Shown: positions 48,874 to 58,709 of the stretch, piece by piece | Numbering within the stretch: the stretch's first letter is position 1 | Layout of the letters: each line of letters begins with the position of its first letter | Source of the DNA: an archaeon | Lineage (GTDB): Archaea > Asgardarchaeota > Thorarchaeia > Thorarchaeales > Thorarchaeaceae | Direction: 5' to 3' | Assembly: GCA_024276825.1 (NCBI GenBank) | Contig: JAJRWI010000042.1 | Span: 68,463-132,462 of the forward strand | Length of the DNA stretch: 64,000 nt | Notes under the pieces: model-generated | Told to the model about the DNA's origin: nothing | Seen by the model: the letters and a program-made list of their open reading frames with translations, nothing else | Database searches by the model: none | Program-made: the position numbers and the translations under genes

Positions 48874-49099
48874 AATTGGACATTCTTGGACATCTCAGTC
48901 TCGTCCGCCCAGGAACAGCACTGGGCACATTTCAGACTTTGATCTCTGATGAGACTATTTAACCCCCTCCCAATCTTACTGTATATCATTAGATGTTCTT
49001 TTGATTGGTGTCCAATTTTGTCCAAGCTCTACGCATCTACGCGCAACCCAGTGCCATTTTCTACATAGATGGGGCTTAGATGTCCAAGACAGTCCAATT
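48874..49099 (+). mobile_element. MITE-like repeat, copy 4 (full length, ~52-bp imperfect TIRs)
   Basis: Left end AATTGGACATTCTTGGACATCT..GCACTGGG; right end CCCAGTGC..AGATGTCCAAGACAGTCCAATT. Confidence 0.78.
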
Positions 49100-50216
49100 A
49101 AGAATGAACAGCAGCCCAATCGTATGCTTCATGGATTGGAGTGCAACCGCCACACCTATGGCATCCTGCAATTGTATTTGAGGGCTTAAGATCCCAATTG
49201 TATAAGATTCTTCCAACCTCCTTATAAAACTCCACAGAACCCTCAAGATCACCCACATAAGTGGGAATAAAATTGGCGAGTTTGCTACCAGGGGCAGGTC
49301 GAATTGGTGAAACCACGGGCATGACTCCCATTTCTGCAATCTTGTCAATAAACTTCAAGGTCAATTGAAGATCCTCACCAAGTCCATAAAGCAAGAAGGT
49401 ACTGACATTTCCACGCCCAAGTCGCTTAACGGATCGTGCCCAAGCTTTTAGATATAGGTCAATTGAACCGTGTTTGTACTTTCCGGGGCATACCTTGGCC
49501 CTCACAGAATCATCGGGACTCTCAAGGTGTAAACCGATTGCATTGGCTCCGGCATCAATGATCTCATCAATCAGAGAGAGGTCAAATGGAGGTTCAACCT
49601 GAATTCCGATTGGAATGTCACTCTTTGCCCGAATGGCTTTTACAATATTGATGATTCTTTTTGCACCCATGGTGCCATCATCAGGGGTGCCTGTTGTCAG
49701 AAGGACATGATTTGCCACACCCTCATTGATGGCCTCCATAACAACAGTTGCAATCTGTTCTGGTTCCTTCTCAAGAATGGTATCATTTGTGCTCAGGGAC
49801 ACAGGAATTGTGCAGAAAGCACATTGCGTACCATCATCCCAATATCTGCATTTCTGGTAGACGGTTGTAGCAACGCAGTCGGCACCATGAAGTAGAGCGA
49901 GCTTTGAGTATTGAATACCATCTGATGTGGTCTTGTCGAGAAATGAGGGACGTGGGATGAGTTCTAACTCTACAGAACCATCATAGATCCAAATCATTGG
50001 ATTGTCAGTAGGAACTAGTGGTGCAGATCCATAGGTTTCAGCGGTCTTGCCACGCCTAATTGGAATTCCCACTGGGCGGCCATTAGGCATGAGAAAATAT
50101 CGACCTCTTACAGGCCCTGCGCCACCCCTTCGTCCGTCCCATTCGGACTCGGGCATCTGTGCGCCCTGTGTCAATAAGCGGACTTTCAATCTAAGAGTTT
50201 CTTCGGTGTTCATCAT
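49098..50216 (-). CDS. Radical SAM protein (MSMEG_0568-like)
   Basis: 'R.GGAGP', 'LALLHG...ATT', C-x8-C-x2-C, C-terminal GC.RCGGC. Confidence 0.85.
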   Translation of the reverse strand: MMNTEETLRLKVRLLTQGAQMPESEWDGRRGGAGPVRGRYFLMPNGRPVGIPIRRGKTAETYGSAPLVPTDNPMIWIYDGSVELELIPRPSFLDKTTSDGIQYSKLALLHGADCVATTVYQKCRYWDDGTQCAFCTIPVSLSTNDTILEKEPEQIATVVMEAINEGVANHVLLTTGTPDDGTMGAKRIINIVKAIRAKSDIPIGIQVEPPFDLSLIDEIIDAGANAIGLHLESPDDSVRAKVCPGKYKHGSIDLYLKAWARSVKRLGRGNVSTFLLYGLGEDLQLTLKFIDKIAEMGVMPVVSPIRPAPGSKLANFIPTYVGDLEGSVEFYKEVGRILYNWDLKPSNTIAGCHRCGGCTPIHEAYDWAAVHS

Positions 50217-50391
50217 GCTCTCGGAGAGTATAGAGTTTTAGGTTAAGTGTTTTAGGTTTTGACAACTTCAAGATTTATTAACATGATTTTTGATGAATCG
50301 TCAACTTTAAGGCTATGTTACAGGGTGTAATAAGTCTAGGTCACTGAACATAGCGAACCAATCCCAATTGGTCCCTATGGAGGATAATCAA

Positions 50392-51558
50392 ATGGCTAGA
50401 AGAGTTGCTGTTGTGGCTGGCGGACACTCAAAGTTCGGTAAGCGTCTTGATGCTACCGTTAGAGAGTTGTGTGCTGAAGCCTACAAACCAATTTATGATG
50501 AAGGAATCACGCAGGATCGAATTGATGCTACTGTGTTGTCTTACGCTGCATCCCAGTTCACCGGGCAAGGTGCGGGATCAGCACTGATTGCGGATTATCT
50601 AGGGCTTCAGAACAAGCCCCACCTTAGAGTAGAGTCTGCATGTGCAACTGGTACGGCATCACTCAGGGCTGCTTATGGAATGATTGCATCAGGGCTCTAT
50701 GATGTTATGTTGGTACTCGGTGTTGAACAGATGAACAGGGTTTCATCAGCCACTGCTACAGAATACATGGCCCGCGCGGGAGACATGCGTTGGGAGTACC
50801 CATTTGGAATCTCATTTCCTGCATTTTATGCTCTAATGGCATCGCGTTATATATCAGAGTACAATCTACCTCATGAAGTGCTCTCCATGATCTCTGTGAA
50901 GTCTCATCATTACGGCGCGCAGAATCCAAAGGCACATTTACCCAAGGAGGTATCACTTGAAGAGGCTCATAATGCGGTACCCATTTGCAGGCCATTAAAC
51001 CTCTATGACTGTAGTCTGATCACTGACGGCGCTGCAGCGGTTGTTCTTGTTGCTGAAGAGCGAGTCAAGGAATTCACAGATAGGCCTATGTGGATCAAGG
51101 GAATAGGAGCAGGAGCATCTCAGATGATGATTCAAGACAGGCCATCCTTGACAAGTATTCCTGGAGCAAAACAAGCAGCAAAGGCCGCATATGAAATGGC
51201 AGGCTTAAAACCTAATGATATCAATATGGCAGAAGTTCACGACTGTTTTAGTATTGCAGAGTTGATTGCCTATGAGGACTTGGGTTTTGCAGAACCCGGC
51301 AAGGGCCGCGAGATCGTTGAGAACAAGGAAAACTATCATGATGGAAGAATCCCTGTAAATTGCGATGGTGGCCTCAAGAGTAAAGGGCACCCGTTGGGAG
51401 CTACAGGAATCTCAATGACCTATGAAATCCTGAAACAGATGCGAGGAGAAGCTGACAAGCCCTCCAGACAAATCAAGGATGTGCAATACGGACTAGTTCA
51501 TAATGTCGGACAGTCGGGACAGTTTGTGAATATATTCATCTATGAGAGGGGATTCTAA
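50392..51558 (+). CDS. Archaeal thiolase (acetyl-CoA C-acyltransferase)
   Basis: ESACATG, NPKAH, DGAAA, EVHDCF, GGL..KGHPLGATG. Confidence 0.93.
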   Translation: MARRVAVVAGGHSKFGKRLDATVRELCAEAYKPIYDEGITQDRIDATVLSYAASQFTGQGAGSALIADYLGLQNKPHLRVESACATGTASLRAAYGMIASGLYDVMLVLGVEQMNRVSSATATEYMARAGDMRWEYPFGISFPAFYALMASRYISEYNLPHEVLSMISVKSHHYGAQNPKAHLPKEVSLEEAHNAVPICRPLNLYDCSLITDGAAAVVLVAEERVKEFTDRPMWIKGIGAGASQMMIQDRPSLTSIPGAKQAAKAAYEMAGLKPNDINMAEVHDCFSIAELIAYEDLGFAEPGKGREIVENKENYHDGRIPVNCDGGLKSKGHPLGATGISMTYEILKQMRGEADKPSRQIKDVQYGLVHNVGQSGQFVNIFIYERGF

Positions 51559-51974
51559 TGGCAGAACAAAAAGAACTCTATCTGGGTTATGCCACTGATA
51601 AGGCAGTGACTCCATTCTTTGACAAGTTCCTCAGAGAACTAGAGAATGAGAAAATAATGAAGAGCAAATGTACATCTTGTGGGACAGAATACCTGCCTCC
51701 AAGACAACACTGTCAGAAATGTTTGAGCGAATGTGAACTTGAAGAGTTCACAGAGCGCGAGGCAAAACTCTACTCATATGTGATTGTGGACTTTGGGCCT
51801 GAGAGTCTCGCCTCGAAGACCCCATATGTTGTCGCGATAGGAGAGTTCCCATCAGGACTTCGTCTCACTGCTCATATCACCAATCTCATGGCTCCTCCCG
51901 AGGTCGGAATGCCACTCAAGTTGGCATTTGAAAAGATTGATGAAAAGAGAGTCACTTACAAGTGGCTAGTATAG
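51558..51974 (+). CDS. DUF35 Zn-ribbon/OB-fold thiolase partner
   Basis: C..CG..YLPP...C..C; coupled to the thiolase. Confidence 0.92.
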   Translation: MAEQKELYLGYATDKAVTPFFDKFLRELENEKIMKSKCTSCGTEYLPPRQHCQKCLSECELEEFTEREAKLYSYVIVDFGPESLASKTPYVVAIGEFPSGLRLTAHITNLMAPPEVGMPLKLAFEKIDEKRVTYKWLV

Positions 51975-52012
51975 GATGATGAGGGGTCACCCTCACACCC
52001 CCTTTTTTAAAA

Positions 52013-52354
52013 TCATGATCCATGTTTTGGTGTTGTCATCTCAATCATCTGAGCGAGGTTTGCCAGCATTGCAACCCTCTTGAGTGTGCTGAGATATATT
52101 GTTGATGCCGTACGAGAGTCAGCCTTTTCGATATTTGCAAGGGCCGAGTCAATAAGTTCCACAATGTCGCGAATACGTCTATAACCGTCATTTCGTCGGT
52201 AGCCAGAAAAGACGAGATAGTCGATGTCTTGTGTCCATGCGTTGAGAAACATCTCCTGTTCCATTATAGCAGTAGATAGCTCGTACGAGCTTTGAATTGA
52301 TTCTTTCATCGCGAGAAGCGAGTCTCTAATAGCTCGAGTACTTGCATCAGACAT
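52013..52354 (-). CDS. Hypothetical helical protein
   Basis: Clean ORF with GGTGG RBS. Confidence 0.6.
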   Translation of the reverse strand: MSDASTRAIRDSLLAMKESIQSSYELSTAIMEQEMFLNAWTQDIDYLVFSGYRRNDGYRRIRDIVELIDSALANIEKADSRTASTIYLSTLKRVAMLANLAQMIEMTTPKHGS

Positions 52355-52498
52355 CAGACTGCCACCAGGTCCCCATGATTACATCATTTTTCGCAAAACA
52401 TCTCTCTAATAAATCTTAAGGAAAACTTAGAAATGAAGCGCCTTTAGTTCCAAATGCTTTTTACTAGGTCATAATCAAGATTTTCACAGGTGCACAAT

Positions 52499-53281
52499 AT
52501 GTCAGAAGATGTACTTTATGAGATTGATGATGAAGTAGCGACAGTGACTATCAATCGTCCTGACAAATATAATGCCCTCAATGTGGCTGTGATCAAACGA
52601 TTGAGAGAATTGTTCAAACAGGCGGAGGAAGATCCTTCCGTTCGCGTAGTGGTTCTTACGGGAGCGGGAGAAAAAGCATTTGCTGCGGGGGCGGACATAA
52701 CGGAGTTCAAAAACAAAAACTCTGAAACAGTAAGACCTCTGGCAGAAAATGGGCAAGAATTATGCAAGTACATTGAGGAGATGTCGAAGCCAGTGATAGC
52801 AGCAGTCAATGGCTTTGCTCTGGGGGGTGGTTGTGAGATTGCAATGGCTTGCGATATTCGATATGCATCAGCAAATGCCAGATTCGGACAACCAGAGATC
52901 AACTTGGGAATAATCCCCGGCTTTGGGGGCACAGTGAGACTGCCACGGCTTGTTGGATTGGGCATTGCAAAGGAGCTCTGTTTCACGGGTGACCAGATAA
53001 AGGCAGAGGAGGCATTTAGAATAGGTCTTGTTAACAGAGTGTTCGAGTCAGTGGAGGAACTCAGGCAGGGTGTAAAGGATCTGGCAAAGAAACTCTCAAA
53101 GAAGCCAGGAGTCGCAATCAAGCTTGCCAAAAAGTCCCTCAATAATGCATGGAGTTTGCCACTTGTAGACAATCTTGATTTTGAGGTGGATGTATTCTGC
53201 CTGACCTTTGACACAGAAGACAAGGAGATTGGTGTAGAAGCATTTCTAAGCAAGTCAAAGCCAGAATTCAAGCACAAGTAG
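52499..53281 (+). CDS. Enoyl-CoA hydratase/crotonase
   Basis: INRP...NAL, AFAAGAD, ALGGGCE, PEI.LG.IPG.GG. Confidence 0.95.
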   Translation: MSEDVLYEIDDEVATVTINRPDKYNALNVAVIKRLRELFKQAEEDPSVRVVVLTGAGEKAFAAGADITEFKNKNSETVRPLAENGQELCKYIEEMSKPVIAAVNGFALGGGCEIAMACDIRYASANARFGQPEINLGIIPGFGGTVRLPRLVGLGIAKELCFTGDQIKAEEAFRIGLVNRVFESVEELRQGVKDLAKKLSKKPGVAIKLAKKSLNNAWSLPLVDNLDFEVDVFCLTFDTEDKEIGVEAFLSKSKPEFKHK

Positions 53282-53301
53282 GGCTAGTGGGGCGCGGCCC
53301 C

Positions 53302-54237
53302 CTATCTTCTTTCTATGACCAATCGTTCACCATCTCTACGCAATATTCCATTTTTCTCCAAGAGATCAATATGCTTGTTGACCATTATCTCTTCAAATAT
53401 CAGGTAGGCATTGAATGGAATACGTGGATATATTGTTGGCAGGTTCGTCAGCTTTTCAACTGTGTCATTTCCTTTTCGAATATTGTCAAGTATTCGCTGC
53501 TCGCGCTCATTAATGATTGACTTGTAGTGCTCCAAGCGCTTAATCAGGCCATCACTGATTGGGTTCAATAGATGACTGCTAATTCCAGTCTTCGGGCCCA
53601 TTTGGATTATTCTATCGATAGAGTTTCTGAAATCTTGAATGTCACTCACATAATTCCCATACCAGGGGCCAAAACGCGTGAGATCAATATCAACAAGAAA
53701 GACTGTAGAGAGATCATTGATTGCAAAACAGGTGTGATCATGTGTATGACCTGGTGTGTGAATTGGAATGAGGGAAACATTTCCACAGTCAATAGGCTTC
53801 ATGTCCTCATAGTGCCCTGTGACAACATAATCTGAGAGTACAAAGGGAAGTCTCTTGTGAATCAAACGCATCCAGTCTTCATAGTTCTTATGTCCCTTAA
53901 TGCCATAGAACTCAAGAAACCCCTCAAAGGTCATGACTCCCCTGTCAGCCAGTGGATGACATATCATCTCACAGTTTGAGAGTTTATGAAAATACATTGC
54001 ATGGCCCTTATGATCCACGTGAAAATGCGTGAGAATTATACGATTGATGGCCTCAGGTCTATGATCCAGTTCCTTGAGGGCGGCTATGATGTGTTCGGTA
54101 TTTGCACCAGCATCGACCAGAGTGAGAATATCGTCATCTATGAGCAGGCAGTTGCCCTCAGGAAACCTGGCCCTATTGCCACCTCTGACTAAATGCACTC
54201 TGTCCTGAATCTTGATGCGTATCGGATAGTCGACCAT
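53302..54237 (-). CDS. MBL-fold metallo-hydrolase
   Basis: THFHVDH and HTPGHT motifs. Confidence 0.9.
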   Translation of the reverse strand: MVDYPIRIKIQDRVHLVRGGNRARFPEGNCLLIDDDILTLVDAGANTEHIIAALKELDHRPEAINRIILTHFHVDHKGHAMYFHKLSNCEMICHPLADRGVMTFEGFLEFYGIKGHKNYEDWMRLIHKRLPFVLSDYVVTGHYEDMKPIDCGNVSLIPIHTPGHTHDHTCFAINDLSTVFLVDIDLTRFGPWYGNYVSDIQDFRNSIDRIIQMGPKTGISSHLLNPISDGLIKRLEHYKSIINEREQRILDNIRKGNDTVEKLTNLPTIYPRIPFNAYLIFEEIMVNKHIDLLEKNGILRRDGERLVIERR

Positions 54238-54345
54238 TGCTACATTTTATTGTAGAAAACCATGTTCTAAATGTTAGGTTATGCCATATTGACAAGACTA
54301 TGAATTTCAAATCTATCAATTGCAGATACTATGAAGAACGTTTGT

Positions 54346-55722
54346 CTAATGCGTCCCTTTTCGCCTTCGCTTTTTCTGTCTTGCCCTCTCAATTCGTTTT
54401 ACTCTATCTGCATAGCATGCAAGACCAATAGGCGATAGGAGCACTGCTGCTATTGTGAGTGGAATCGCGTTTTCAGTCAAAAATGCAATAATATTGATGT
54501 TGGGGTATATGGTCCACATTTGCCTGCTTGTTGTGGTGCCAGGAAAGTGCTCATCAATGAAATCATAGTAGGCCTGAGGAATAGTATGCTTGGGGCGCAT
54601 AATCAGAGAAATCTCCTCATCAAGAACATCTAGACGTCCAAGTATTTGTAGAATATGCAGGGCCGCTCTTACAAACTCCAATCGCTCATCCAGTATTGGG
54701 TCCGAATCAGGACTCGCAATAAATGCGCCTTGCCATGTTGACTGACACCGAAGCACCCAATCTACAACAGCATCCTGATCAATGCGATCAAGCGCATCCA
54801 AAAGATCCAACGACCATATCAGGCGCTCAGTTTCAACAATGGCCTCATATTTTGCATGCCCCCCTGCATTGTCGTAATTTGAAAGAACGAATGCTATGAC
54901 CTCTTCACGATTAATGTTGTTAAGGCCCCCAAGATAACTGAGAGAGAGCAGGCCGAGAGGAGTTGCACCTACATCAATCTCACTAATTGGAGTATAGCTG
55001 AACCCACCGCCCTTGTAGCAGGAGAGAATGAAATCAAGGGCAAGAACAGTGTCTATCTCGTTAATTCGATTCAACCAGTGAACTGTGAAGAGTGCGCTTT
55101 CTGCTACAATCAGATCCAAGTACTCTAGAGGGGGAGGTTCTTGACATGGATGATCAATAAATCCTCCATTAGACATTTGAGACTGCCAGATGAGTTCCAC
55201 AATTGCATCCAGATCTAATTCATTGATAATGCCCAATTTCGAGAAGAGTTCAACTGCCCAAGAACAGACAGTAGCACCACCGGGTGATTCTTTCGAGTAA
55301 TTCATGGGCCCAAATATATCATAGTTGGATTCATCATTAATCAAGCCAAGTAAAAAAGAGGTGGCAGTCCGTCAGTCAAACTCAGATGTATAGTTTAGGA
55401 ATTCCAATACTTGGTAGGGGTAGTAAACATCAGAGATGGTCGGATATCTATGGATTCTTGGATCATTAGGCCATGCTCTTAAATATCCATAGAAGGTCCC
55501 CTCTTCAGGTTTATAAAGAGCCAAGACATAATCAATGAGTGCTTGGCGTCTGGTAGTTATTATCTGTCCATAATCATCTTGAGTAGTGGGGTAGATGTTT
55601 TTCTTGTTACTGCTCTTAGAAACACTTGAAATATTTAATAAGCAGGTTGTCAACCATATAATGATGAGAACTGTCATCATTGATTTTTGAATCTTTGATT
55701 TCTTCCTCATTTTGTTCACCAA
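54346..55722 (-). pseudogene. Membrane-anchored prenyltransferase/squalene-oxidase-repeat protein, split by one in-frame TGA (55372-55374)
   Basis: ORFs 55372..55722 and 54346..55344 share a frame: ...SEFD*RTATSFLLGLINDE...; repeats 'QSQMSNGGF', 'SCYKGGGFS', 'RCQSTWQGAF'. Confidence 0.75.
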
Positions 55723-55749
55723 AGAACAGAGGGGAGGAATAACCTCCCA

Positions 55750-56798
55750 TTATTCAGTGGTATCATAAAAGCCCTTACTTGCACCACCACCAACTATTGT
55801 CATACTTGGAACATATTCACCATTATCTATTATTACAAATGCGCTCAGTGCATTTTCGCAGGCTTCCAACCAATAGCCAATAGTGGCTTGTGTGAAAGCG
55901 GCACCAAAGATTACTTCAAATAATTCACCAATAAGCTTTGTAATTGCCATTTCACCGCCAACTAGTGGAGGTGCTAACCATGCAGAGAGTATACCTACCA
56001 GAGCAATGAAAGAAGCAACTGCGGTATTTCTCACATCATTGGCCAATTGCTGCAGATAGTATTTTGCTCTATGGAAGGATGAAACAGCGTTATAGCCACC
56101 ATAACTTCCTGAGGAATAGAATGTTCCTGCTGAGTAATAATATCTCAACCCAGCGATGTGTTCCCACCAAAAGTATATTGCAAGAAAGTGGCCCCTATAA
56201 CGTCAACTTCTCCACTGTATCCGATGACTATTCGAACGTTTGATTTGTATTTGATTTTATCAACTAATGGATAATATATGTCCCCATCACCTTTGCCAAG
56301 TGAATGGCATACTGAAAAGAACACTAGTAAGCATTTGCCATCAATCTTATTCCATTTGTCGATTGCTTGCGTATTAAGAGGTCCATCATGTAAGGTGATC
56401 TGGGGACCACGAGTAGAATAGCGTCCATGAGCAGCAATATGTACTCTATCAGTATACTTGAGAAAATCTTTGAATATGCCTAATGTCGCAGCCCCGTCTG
56501 TTGCACAACTGATTCCAATTGGCCAATTATAAGATGGGCCATAATAATTCCCATAATATTCATTGTATTTTTCGAAGACTTCTTTGACTGCTTCGTGGAC
56601 ATAATGAGATTCAGATTTTGAGTCTGAACTCATTAGACCAACCATAGCAGCATAGCCCAGTGTTGGAATTCTTCTAAGACTTTGTGTGTTATCATGATAG
56701 TAAGGATGTATTATTGTGGGTAACGCAGATGACACTACCATTAGTGGCAAAATAACATAAACAACCATTAGTTTGCTTTTATATTCCCATAACAACAT
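55750..56798 (-). pseudogene. Secreted CHAT/caspase-fold (His-Cys) peptidase-like protein with a frameshift near 56180
   Basis: 'VHIAAHG' ... 'LVFFSVCHS'; a frame change after ATFL gives a continuous ..IYFWWEHIAGLRYYYSAG.. into ORF 55750..56148. Confidence 0.65.
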
Positions 56799-57185
56799 TG
56801 GTCCTCCTGACTACTGTCCCCATAGCAAATAGTAGTCATTCAAATTATATGCAAAATCCAAAAAATAAAAACTTTCGATTTCATTTTGTTCATTCAATAG
56901 TTGCACGAGCGAGTTTTTAATTTTAAAAACATTAAGCCATAATAATCGCCCAACTAAAGCAGTGAACTACATATTCTCATGCAATGATTCAGGAAAATCT
57001 CAAAAACAATGAGTGAAAAGTATTGGAGAAGTATCAAATTCAACACTCTTAAGGAATTGGATGTCCTATTTGGAAAATGTATTTCTGCAGAGACAAAAAG
57101 CGGTTGTAGATTGCATTGCAAGAAATTCATTGTTCCGTAACTCATATCATTGAGTAAAGTAATAGATAGAATACTGGTGATTCAA

Positions 57186-58649
57186 GTGGGCAAGAGTGAC
57201 AGAGTGTTTGCAGTCTTTGATATTGGAACGACTGGAACAAGATCGGTGCTGGTTGATGAAGAGGGTCGCGAACTTAGCAAGACCTATGAGGAGTATCCAC
57301 CTGTACCACATGATCTAAAGCCACACGAACAACTGACTGAAACTTTTTGGAGGACAGCATGCACAACAATGCAAAGGACCATCTCCAGTATAGAGGGAGC
57401 AGCAGAGGCCATTGTGGGAGTAATCGTTGCAACTACTCGAGACTGTGTGACACCAATAGACAGGGATTGTAAGCCACTAGCACCAACTGTGACATGGGTT
57501 GACAACAGATCGAGCGCGAAGAGCAAGGAATTGATGGAGGAGATAGGTCCAAGGAAGAGTGTGAACAAGATATTATGGTTTCAAGAACAGCAACCAGACA
57601 TCTTTGAGAGGACCTACAAGTTCATTCATCTTGATGCTTTCATTAATTATCGACTGTGTGGTTCTATGGTGAGCGATCCATCGAATGCTCGTTATGGACC
57701 TATTGACCATGAGACCCTCAAGTGGTCAGACGATCTCTGTGAACTCACAGGGATTCCGATGGACAAGCTGGCTGACATTGTTGACCCTGGGACGGTAATT
57801 GGAGAAATCACAGCCGAGGCAGCAAAGGCCACAGGGCTGCGAAAGGGTACTGTTGTTGTCATGGGTAGTGGGGATCAACAGTGCTCGGCATTAGGGACTG
57901 GAACGATCAAGACTGGGAGAGTAAAGGCCACTACCGGCACGGGTACTTTCGTCATCACTCATACTGAGGAGTTCATTGAGGACCCATATGTCATGTTCTG
58001 CAATCCTGCTGCAATCCCAGGACAGTGGATTCTTGAGGGAGCCATTCCGGGCACTGGACTTGCATTTCGCTGGTACAGGGACCAGTTCTGTGAGACAGAA
58101 ACTGCCATTGCACAGCAGACAGGACAGAATGTGTATGATATAATCAGTGCGTCAGCAGGAAAAATACCAGCTGGAAGTGATGGTCTTGTCATATTTCCAT
58201 TCATGGCATACAACAAGGGTATCTTCTACAATTTCGGCTTTATTCATACCAAGGCACATGTTGCAAGGGCAATCATGGAGGCCAATGGATATGGCATTCG
58301 CATGTACGTAGAGATGATGGAGGGGATGTTGGACATTGAGTTTGATGATATTTATATTGATGGGGGTGGTGCAAACTCATCAGTCTGGCGACAGATAATT
58401 GCAGACTGCACGAACAAGACTGCTGTTCTTCCAAGGAGTCGCGACTCCACAGTGATTGGTGCTGCAATCCTTGGGACAGTTGCGACTGGTGTCTATGGAG
58501 GTTTTGATGAAGCAATCAGTAACATGTTTCATGTGGAAGAACGAAGGGGTCCAATTTCCGAGAATGCCGAGGTTTATGAGAAACAATACACTATTTACAA
58601 CAAACTCATGATAGCAGAAATTGGAGAGTTGATAGAACTCACCTCATAA
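57186..58649 (+). CDS. FGGY-family carbohydrate/glycerol kinase
   Basis: DIGTTG, W.D.R, GDQQ, GTG, DGGGA.S..W.Q..AD; GTG start after GGTGA. Confidence 0.92.
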   Translation: MGKSDRVFAVFDIGTTGTRSVLVDEEGRELSKTYEEYPPVPHDLKPHEQLTETFWRTACTTMQRTISSIEGAAEAIVGVIVATTRDCVTPIDRDCKPLAPTVTWVDNRSSAKSKELMEEIGPRKSVNKILWFQEQQPDIFERTYKFIHLDAFINYRLCGSMVSDPSNARYGPIDHETLKWSDDLCELTGIPMDKLADIVDPGTVIGEITAEAAKATGLRKGTVVVMGSGDQQCSALGTGTIKTGRVKATTGTGTFVITHTEEFIEDPYVMFCNPAAIPGQWILEGAIPGTGLAFRWYRDQFCETETAIAQQTGQNVYDIISASAGKIPAGSDGLVIFPFMAYNKGIFYNFGFIHTKAHVARAIMEANGYGIRMYVEMMEGMLDIEFDDIYIDGGGANSSVWRQIIADCTNKTAVLPRSRDSTVIGAAILGTVATGVYGGFDEAISNMFHVEERRGPISENAEVYEKQYTIYNKLMIAEIGELIELTS

Positions 58650-58709
58650 GCAGAGATGACTACAGAGAAGATATGCATTTGAGTCAAGAACTACAGGAGT
58701 GGACAACCA

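Noticed and set aside
25347-49099. CRISPR array or tRNA interpretation of the repeats and hairpins
   Set aside because: No regularly spaced identical repeats and no cloverleaf or T-loop consensus; the copies are dispersed and diverged
52516-53277. Long antisense ORFs (for example 253 aa opposite the crotonase; also 43051..43578 and 26042..26506)
   Set aside because: Shadows of well-supported genes on the opposite strand
55372-55374. In-frame TGA as selenocysteine recoding
   Set aside because: The context is not a redox motif, no SECIS-like hairpin was recognised downstream, and the neighbouring gene is also broken; a Trp nonsense mutation is simpler
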